DNA of 64,000 nucleotides, from the NCBI GenBank assembly GCA_965219685.1, contig CBDCOH010000002.1, forward strand, positions 2,080,001 to 2,144,000, read 5' to 3'. The stretch comes from Candidatus Spongiisociaceae bacterium (lineage in GTDB: Bacteria > Actinomycetota > Acidimicrobiia > Spongiisociales > Spongiisociaceae). This document shows positions 57,687 through 64,000 of the stretch, piece after piece. Under the pieces are notes generated by a model. It made no database searches and was not told the DNA's origin. It was given only the letters and a program-made list of their open reading frames with translations. The translations under genes were made by a program, and so were the position numbers. The number at the start of each line of letters is the position of its first letter. Position 1 is the first letter of the stretch.

Positions 57687-58562
57687 GTGTACCCTCCGAC
57701 CTTCAAGTACTTGCCCGTGCGGTCCGTCGAGGACGCCGTCGGGTCACTGAGCCGGTATGGCTACGAGGCGAAGATCCTGGCCGGAGGCCAGAGCCTGATA
57801 CCCATGATGAAGCTCCGGCTGGCGTCCCCTTCGGTTCTCGTCGACATCTCCCGCTTGCCGGACCTGTCTGCGATCAACGACACCGGCGATGATCTCCGGG
57901 TCGGAGCGATGGTGAGCGAGTCGGACCTCGAACACTCCACGGCGGTGGCGCGCTGGGCGGCCGGCCTCGTGGATACGAGCCGGGTCATCGCCGACCCGCT
58001 GGTCCGGAACCTGGCGACCGTTGGTGGGAACGTGGCGCACGGTGACCCCGCCAACGACCATCCCGCCGCGATGGTGGCGGTATCGGCGTCGTTCGTGCTG
58101 GTCGGGACGATGGGACCTCGGACCGTCCGCGCGGAGGACTTCTTCATCGACGTGTTCACCACCGCCCTCGAACCGGACGAGATGCTCACCGAGATCCGGA
58201 TACCCAAGCAGCGGGCCGGGACCGGGAGCGCCTACGTGAAGTACGAACGCCAGGTGGGCGACTACGCGGTGGCAGGAGCCGCCGTGTGCCTCCGCTCGAA
58301 GGACGGGTCGTCGATCGAGGAGGCAAGGGTCGCCCTCACCAACCTGGGACCGATCCCGGTTCGGGCCGCCGAGGCAGAGTCCCTCCTCGTAGGAGAGGTC
58401 GTCACCGCGGAGTTGTTCGAGCGGGCCGGGATGGCGGCCTCGGTCGCCGCCGAACCCTGGTCGGATCGGCGCGGATCGGCCGAGTACCGGCGCCGGGTCG
58501 CGGCGATGGTGACCCGGGACGCTCTCCGGAAGGCTTGGGTCAGGGCAGGGAACGGCCCATGA
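57687..58562 (+). CDS. Molybdenum hydroxylase FAD-binding medium subunit (CoxM/CutM-like)
   Basis: MYPPTFKY, LAGGQSLIPMMKLRLASP, VRNLATVGGN.AHGDPAND and D.RGSAEYRR. Confidence 0.93.
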   Translation: MYPPTFKYLPVRSVEDAVGSLSRYGYEAKILAGGQSLIPMMKLRLASPSVLVDISRLPDLSAINDTGDDLRVGAMVSESDLEHSTAVARWAAGLVDTSRVIADPLVRNLATVGGNVAHGDPANDHPAAMVAVSASFVLVGTMGPRTVRAEDFFIDVFTTALEPDEMLTEIRIPKQRAGTGSAYVKYERQVGDYAVAGAAVCLRSKDGSSIEEARVALTNLGPIPVRAAEAESLLVGEVVTAELFERAGMAASVAAEPWSDRRGSAEYRRRVAAMVTRDALRKAWVRAGNGP

Positions 58563-59107
58563 GTGAGAACGTGGGCGGTGATCTCCGCCAGACCATATCG
58601 ATGACCGCATCGACGACCATATCGACGACCGTATCGATGACCGTGAACGGAGAACCGGTCGAATCCTCAGCCGAGACCCGCAAGCTCCTCGCGCACTTCC
58701 TCCGCGAGGACCTGAACCTGGCGGGAGTGAGGATCGGGTGCGACACGACCAGCTGCGGTGCATGCGCGGTGTTGCTCGACGGGCGCGCCGTCAAGTCCTG
58801 CACGATGTTCGCTGTCCAGGCCGGCGGCAGGACCGTGACGACCATCGAAGGCATCGGCGCGCGGGACACCCTCCACCCGGTGCAGGCGGCGTTCCACGAG
58901 GAGCATGCCCTCCAGTGCGGTTTCTGCACGTCCGGCTTTGTGATGGCGACGCTGGAACTCCTGCGGAACACTCCGGATCCGTCGGAACACGAGATCCGCG
59001 AGGGCATCTCCGGCAACCTGTGCCGCTGCACAGGCTATGCCAACATCGTGAATGCGGTCCGGGCTACGGCCGAGGTCCTGCGACAAGGCGGGGCGGGTCG
59101 AGATTGA
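58559..59107 (+). CDS. Molybdenum hydroxylase [2Fe-2S] small subunit (CoxS/CutS-like)
   Basis: GCDTTSCGAC...KSC, QCGFCT and GNLCRCTGY. ATGA overlap with the medium subunit. Confidence 0.94.
   Translation: MSENVGGDLRQTISMTASTTISTTVSMTVNGEPVESSAETRKLLAHFLREDLNLAGVRIGCDTTSCGACAVLLDGRAVKSCTMFAVQAGGRTVTTIEGIGARDTLHPVQAAFHEEHALQCGFCTSGFVMATLELLRNTPDPSEHEIREGISGNLCRCTGYANIVNAVRATAEVLRQGGAGRD
58591..58645 (+). repeat. In-frame 12-bp tandem repeat (~4.5 copies) in the small-subunit N-terminus
   Basis: gaccatatcgat gaccgcatcgac gaccatatcgac gaccgtatcgat gaccgtg, encoding TISM TAST TIST TVSM TV. Confidence 0.8.
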
Positions 59108-61413
59108 GGCTCACCGGAACAGCTGTCCATAGGGTCGAAGACCGAGCCGTCCTCACGGGTCGGTCCAGATACGTCGACGACATCCGGATTCCGGGAACCC
59201 TCCACTGCTCGATCGTCCGGAGCCAGTTCGCCCGGGCCGACGTGACTTCGATCGACGTCTCCGATGCCGTTTCGACGCGGGACGTTGTGGCGGTGTTCAC
59301 CGCGGACGATCTCGGCGCCGCCAACGGTCCCGTCCTCCAGCCGACCTGGTTCCCTGCCCCGGAAGGTCTGCAGCAGCATGTAGACGTCATGTCCAGGCCC
59401 GAGTACACGCACCTCCTGGCGCCGGGACGGGTGCGCTACGTCGGCGAACCGGTGGCAATGGTGCTGGCGACGAATGCGTATGCAGCCGCCGACGGGGCCC
59501 GCAACGTCTATGTCGATTACGAACCCGGAGAGCCGGTCGTCGACGTCGATCAGTCCCGAGCACTCCTGGGGGGACCACTCAACGACGGGTGGCCCGACAA
59601 CCTCGCAGCCAGGTTCGTGATCCGCAAGGGAGACGTGGACCGCGCGTTCTCCCAGGCGGATCATGTGGTGAGCGGTACCTTCCGGACCGGTCGCCAGACC
59701 GGAACGCCCATCGAACCACGAGGCGTGCTCGCCGACCCCACCCGACCGGTGTTCACCGTCTGGTCGTCCAACCAGGCGCCCCACTGGCTCCGCGATGCCT
59801 TGGCGGACTACTTCGGGCGCGACCGCGACGAGATAAGGGTCGTGGCACCGGACGTGGGGGGCGGCTTCGGCATCAAGTCGATGGTGTATCCCGAAGAGTT
59901 GCTGATCCCGGAGATTGCCCGGCGCCTCGAGTCGCCGGTCAAATGGATCGAGACCCGCACCGAGAACTTCCTGGCGGCCGTTCATGCACGGGACCAGCGC
60001 CACCACATCGAACTCGCGCTGACCCGCGACGGTGAGTTCCTGGCGCTGCGGGACCGGTACACCACCGACGTCGGCGCTGCGAATCTGGAGAGCCTGGTGG
60101 TGCCCTACAACACGGCGGCCCACCTCCAGGGGAACTACCGGATCCCTGCCGCGCTGATCGTTCATGAGTCGTACGTGACGAACAAGTCGCCCCTCTCGGC
60201 CTACCGGGGTGCGGGCCGACCGGAGGCGGTCTTCGCGATGGAGCGGATCATCGACGTCGCATCTCGAGAACTGCGAATCGATCCCGCGGTGGTCAGGCAG
60301 AAGAACCTGATCACGGGGGACGAGATGCCCTACGACGCGGGTGTTCGCTACCGGGACGGCACGGCTCTCAGCCTGGACGGGGGCGACTACCGGGCCGTGT
60401 TCGACGAGGCGCTGCGGCGGGCCGACATTCCGGAGTGGCGTCGCGAACAGACCCGGGCCAGGAAGCAGGGTCGCCTCCTCGGCATCGGCTTCGCCAACTA
60501 CATCGAAGGGACCGGGATCGGACCCGCCGAGTTGGCGACTGCGACCTTGGAACCGGACGGGCAGGTCTCGGTCGTGGTCGGTCTCCCGTCGCAGGGGCAG
60601 GGCCACGCCACGATCCTCAGCCAGGTGGCAGCCGATGCTCTGGGGGTGCCCCTCGACAGCGTGCGCGTGAGGCAGGGCGATACGGGCCTGATGCCTACCG
60701 GCGCGGGAACCATCGCCAGCCGCACCGCGGTCGTGGTGGGCAACGCCGTCGCCGCGGCGGGCTCCGAACTCCGCGAGCAGGTGTTGGCGCGTGCCTCGGA
60801 ACTCCTCGAGGTCGACCCCGGCGACCTGACCGTCCAAGAAGGGCGAGTCTCTGTTGTCGGCGCTCCGTCTCGCTCGATCTCGCTCGCCGGTTGCGCCGAC
60901 CCTCTAGCCGGACCGCGCCTGGCCGCCACATCGGGATTCGATCCCGGACGGGCGACGTTCGCCTACGGAACGCATGTCGCGGTGGTCGAGGTCCATCCGG
61001 TCACCGGGCACGTGTCCGTCTTGAAATACGTGGTGGTCCACGACTGCGGACAGCTCATCAACCCCATGATCGTCGATGGTCAGGTGGTAGGTGGGGTAGC
61101 ACAGGGGATAGGTGCGGCGCTGTCCGAGGAGCTTGCCTACGACGAGAGCGGGCAACTCACCACCGCCAGCTTCCTCGACTACCAGATACCGCGCGCTACC
61201 GACATGCCGAGTCCTGAGGTCTATCACGTGGAGACGCCTTCCGAATTGAACCCGCTGGGCGTTCGTGGAGTCGGGGAGGCCGGCACCATCGGACCGCCCG
61301 CCGCGCTGGCAGGCGCGATCGAGGACGCGATCGGGCGCACGGACACAGTGATCGATCGCTGCCCGATGCCCCCGTCCTACGTGGCGGGGCTGATCGATCC
61401 CAGCGTCGCGTAG
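59104..61413 (+). CDS. Molybdenum hydroxylase large subunit 3 (form II CoxL-like)
   Basis: RVEDRAVLTG, DVGGGFGIK, AYRGAGRPEA, QGQGHAT, INPMIVDGQ and NPLGVRGVGEAG. TTG start overlaps the small-subunit stop. Confidence 0.9.
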   Translation: MRLTGTAVHRVEDRAVLTGRSRYVDDIRIPGTLHCSIVRSQFARADVTSIDVSDAVSTRDVVAVFTADDLGAANGPVLQPTWFPAPEGLQQHVDVMSRPEYTHLLAPGRVRYVGEPVAMVLATNAYAAADGARNVYVDYEPGEPVVDVDQSRALLGGPLNDGWPDNLAARFVIRKGDVDRAFSQADHVVSGTFRTGRQTGTPIEPRGVLADPTRPVFTVWSSNQAPHWLRDALADYFGRDRDEIRVVAPDVGGGFGIKSMVYPEELLIPEIARRLESPVKWIETRTENFLAAVHARDQRHHIELALTRDGEFLALRDRYTTDVGAANLESLVVPYNTAAHLQGNYRIPAALIVHESYVTNKSPLSAYRGAGRPEAVFAMERIIDVASRELRIDPAVVRQKNLITGDEMPYDAGVRYRDGTALSLDGGDYRAVFDEALRRADIPEWRREQTRARKQGRLLGIGFANYIEGTGIGPAELATATLEPDGQVSVVVGLPSQGQGHATILSQVAADALGVPLDSVRVRQGDTGLMPTGAGTIASRTAVVVGNAVAAAGSELREQVLARASELLEVDPGDLTVQEGRVSVVGAPSRSISLAGCADPLAGPRLAATSGFDPGRATFAYGTHVAVVEVHPVTGHVSVLKYVVVHDCGQLINPMIVDGQVVGGVAQGIGAALSEELAYDESGQLTTASFLDYQIPRATDMPSPEVYHVETPSELNPLGVRGVGEAGTIGPPAALAGAIEDAIGRTDTVIDRCPMPPSYVAGLIDPSVA

Positions 61414-61430
61414 GACGGCTACCGGATAAT

Positions 61431-61479
61431 TGGTTCCCAGTCGGTAGTCGGTAGTTAGTGGTCTGCAGCCGGTGGTTCA
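61431..61479. repeat. Heptamer tandem tract
   Basis: tggttcc cagtcgg tagtcgg tagttag tggtctg cagccgg tggttca. Confidence 0.65.
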
Positions 61480-61621
61480 GTTTCTTCAGGTGCTCGTTGA
61501 TCTGCCGGTCCCGCCCAGCGGACCGGATCCCGCTCGAAGGGTGACAGGGCGCCGTGAGTGGCTCGGGTAGCCATACCGTGACAGTAACAGCCTCTCACAC
61601 GTACGGGCAGGCTAACAAACC

Positions 61622-61649
61622 CTAGTTATCAACTATCAACTATCAAATA
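61622..61649. repeat. Heptamer tandem tract containing the UbiD 3 stop
   Basis: ctagtta tcaacta tcaacta tcaaata. Confidence 0.7.
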
Positions 61650-62986
61650 GTGAACTCGTCGGCGCCGGGAACCCGTACTACCTCCGGATAGGGAACACCG
61701 AACGGCCGGGTCGCGTCTACCCCCCACACCGAGATGACCTCCTTCTCGGGCGCGGAGGGATCGAGAGGGCCGCCGGCCACCCTCGGAACGATGATGGTGT
61801 CCTCCGCCGGTTGGCTGCGGGTCATGATGGCCCAGTTGACCATTTCGGTGTCGTAGACGTCTATGTCGTCGTCGACGACGATCACCAGCTTGGGCCGGGA
61901 CGAGTCACCGAGCGCGGTGAGGATCACGTGTCGAGCCTGGGCCTTGTAGCGCTGCTCGAGGGCGATCACCGCCGCATACTGGACGCCCCCCCAGTTCGGG
62001 TAGGCGACTGCGGTCACCTCCGGGAAGGTCTCCCGCAGCTTCTCGTACAGCGCGCTCTCGTAGGCGAACGACTTCAGAATATGGTTGTCGGTCGGGGGCA
62101 GGCCCGTCATCCCGGCCAGGAAAATCGGATCACGGCGGTGGGTGATCGCAGTCACCTCGATCACATGGTTCTCCTCGGCGGGCCCGTAGTAACCCGTGAA
62201 CTCGCCGAATGGTCCCTCCATCACCCGTTCGCCCGGGAGCACCCGACCCTCGATGACTATCTCGGCCGAGGCAGGCACCTCCAGGTCCACCGAGACGCAC
62301 TTGACGACATCCACCGGCTCGCCCCTGATACCCCCGGCCACCGTCATCTCGTTGACCCCTTGGGGAACTTTGGCCTGGGACGCATAGAGGAGAACCGGAT
62401 CGCAACCGTTGACGATCGCGACCTCCAAGGACTCACCGAGTCGTTCGGCCCGGGCCATGTGGGTCCCGAGGCCCTGGAAGGCATGCGACATCACCGACAT
62501 GCGGTTCCTGCCGGTGCGCATCACGCGATAGACGGAGGCGTTGACGGTCCGGTCGACCGGATCCTTGCTGACCTCTAGGGCCACAGTCACGTAGGGCCCG
62601 CCGTCCTTCTCCGAGTACACGGGCATGGGAAACGAGTGCAGATCGATGTCGCCGCCCGTGTGGACCACGTCCTGGCACTCACCCGACGCGACCAGGCGCG
62701 GTTCGATCGGATTCCTCAATCCGTGGGAGAACCTCGCGTTGCCCTCCGCCGCCGAGTCCACCTCCAACGCGAGGAGCGCCTTGGATCTGGTGGTGAAGAC
62801 GGCCCCGACCACCGGCATGTCATGGCCGGTGACGTTCTCGAACCACAGAGTGGGACCACCGAGGTCCGACATCTTCCTGATACCCGCCGCGATCTCGAAC
62901 CGCGTGTCAACGGGGCGCCTGACCCGGGCCAGATCTCCGGCTGCATCCAGCACCGCCAGAAACTCGCGGAGGTCATGGAAAGGCAT
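61643..62986 (-). CDS. UbiD family decarboxylase 3
   Basis: HDLREFL, KDGGPYVT, NASVYR, EGPFGEFTGYY, IVVDDDIDV and GVDATRP. Close to decarboxylase 2. Confidence 0.93.
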   Translation of the reverse strand: MPFHDLREFLAVLDAAGDLARVRRPVDTRFEIAAGIRKMSDLGGPTLWFENVTGHDMPVVGAVFTTRSKALLALEVDSAAEGNARFSHGLRNPIEPRLVASGECQDVVHTGGDIDLHSFPMPVYSEKDGGPYVTVALEVSKDPVDRTVNASVYRVMRTGRNRMSVMSHAFQGLGTHMARAERLGESLEVAIVNGCDPVLLYASQAKVPQGVNEMTVAGGIRGEPVDVVKCVSVDLEVPASAEIVIEGRVLPGERVMEGPFGEFTGYYGPAEENHVIEVTAITHRRDPIFLAGMTGLPPTDNHILKSFAYESALYEKLRETFPEVTAVAYPNWGGVQYAAVIALEQRYKAQARHVILTALGDSSRPKLVIVVDDDIDVYDTEMVNWAIMTRSQPAEDTIIVPRVAGGPLDPSAPEKEVISVWGVDATRPFGVPYPEVVRVPGADEFTI

Positions 62987-63084
62987 AGCGAGCGACCTCC
63001 ATCTCGTGTAGTTGCCGCCGAACTGTACGCCCGCACGCCCATCGGGGCAACAGCCCTCGGACGCGAGATCTCGGGCGGCGAGCC

Positions 63085-63552
63085 CTACGAGTCGGCGGCT
63101 CGGCGCTCCTCCAGCAACCGGGAGACGTTGGCCAGGGCCCCGATGATGACCTGCTCGGCCTTGGTGGCGATTATCCGCTGCGCGAACGTCGCAACCCTTC
63201 CGACCATCCCGACCTCCGCCGTTATGAGGATCTCGGTCGCCGCCCCGCCATCCGCCTCACTGAACGTGAACACCTGCTCGGAACTTACGGAACTCGCGAG
63301 GGCGTTGTCGGCGCCTTCGACCACGGCGGTCACGCTCTCGTGAGGAACCAGGTCCTTGAGGGTCGTCCGGAGCCGGAAGCGGGCGGTAACGGGCCCGACG
63401 CGCTGGCTCAACATGGCGGTGAACTCGTTCGGCCCTGTCTCCTTGTAGTCGCTGATCCCCGGAATGCACAGGGCCACCGCCTCGATATCGTCCAGGAGAC
63501 CCCAGATCTCGGCGGGCGAGGCTTCGACTCTCACCGTCTTGTCGAATCTCAT
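63085..63552 (-). CDS. coxG: CoxG/SRPBCC family protein
   Basis: V.ASPAEIW.LL.D...VA.CIPG, RVGPV and GRVATFAQRII. GGAGGT RBS. Confidence 0.85.
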   Translation of the reverse strand: MRFDKTVRVEASPAEIWGLLDDIEAVALCIPGISDYKETGPNEFTAMLSQRVGPVTARFRLRTTLKDLVPHESVTAVVEGADNALASSVSSEQVFTFSEADGGAATEILITAEVGMVGRVATFAQRIIATKAEQVIIGALANVSRLLEERRAADS

Positions 63553-63918
63553 GCATACCTCCGTCTTCGCAAACCCTCCGGCGGGTGCACCGCGCTACAC
63601 GACGGTAGGCGGGTGGCTCCGGAGTCTTGTGGCCAGAGCAAGGGTCGTCGGTCGATCCCTCGGGAACACCGGACAACTTAACAGCCCGGCCCGTCCGGCA
63701 GGAGCGGAGTTCGCAATGTGAGAGGGGGACACGATCCGACCCACGCGCAATAGTGCCCGGGGTTGCCGGCGGATTCTGCCTCTCCCCCTTCCACTCTGCG
63801 AAGCACGGTTGAATCGGCATAGGCCACTCTGTACCATCGGCCGAGGGTCGGCCGTTTTCTTCGACCCCAGCTAGGCGACCCGGTAGCGACCGGGCCTGGA
63901 CAACAGAGGAGGGCCATC

Positions 63919-64000
63919 GTGCGACGGGATATGGAACTGCTGCGCGGAGCTATCGATATGCACGCACACACGGCACCCGCTCTGTTTCCCCGCCCGATAA
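63919..64000 (+). CDS. Metal-dependent hydrolase, DUF6282-like (3' truncated by window edge)
   Basis: GAGGAGG RBS then MRRDMELLRGAIDMHAHTAPALFPRP, with the DxHxH amidohydrolase-type motif. Confidence 0.65.
   Translation, partial: MRRDMELLRGAIDMHAHTAPALFPRPI

Noticed and set aside
57687-61413. Bona fide aerobic CO dehydrogenase (form I coxMSL)
   Set aside because: Gene order is M-S-L, but the large subunit has AYRGAGR rather than AYxCSFR and coxDEF are absent.
40414-61649. Short repeats considered as CRISPR or integron attC arrays
   Set aside because: No constant 23-47 bp repeats with unique spacers, no cas or intI gene, and no attC-like boxes.

Overview
High-GC bacterial chromosome segment, most likely from an actinomycete and possibly Acidimicrobiia. 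This is inferred from a DUF222-HNH gene, leaderless TAnnnT promoters, PafBC-type promoter motifs and a Tat lipoprotein with a Thr/Ala-rich linker. The left part (1-21 kb) holds a PhnD-like binding protein, an ankyrin-inserted acyltransferase-3, mazEF, a recCBD operon, SDR and DUF488 genes, an acyl-CoA synthetase whose 3' end is duplicated around an AT-rich DUF6119 cargo gene, a nucleoside hydrolase and a beta-decarboxylating dehydrogenase. The middle (21-28 kb) is an accessory hot spot with DUF222-HNH, a coupled pair of unknown genes (one with a PD-(D/E)xK motif, a candidate defence system), an orphan Phd antitoxin and two antitoxin/PIN modules with broken toxins. The right part (28-64 kb) is a large catabolic region: hydantoinase/oxoprolinase AB, aminotransferase, C-N hydrolase, peptide ABC transporter, an IS5 element, two EamA transporters, nitroreductase, Rieske oxygenase, three UbiD decarboxylases with fni and a YclD/PhdC-like protein, three molybdenum-hydroxylase large subunits with one CoxM/CoxS set, and CoxG. 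Two non-coding signals stand out: a three-copy ~195 bp repeat sharing its promoter end with the DUF222-HNH gene, and oriented heptamer tandem tracts at gene termini. No rRNA, tRNA or CRISPR array was seen. Family assignments come from motif recognition, not database searches, and start codons were re-picked by eye.
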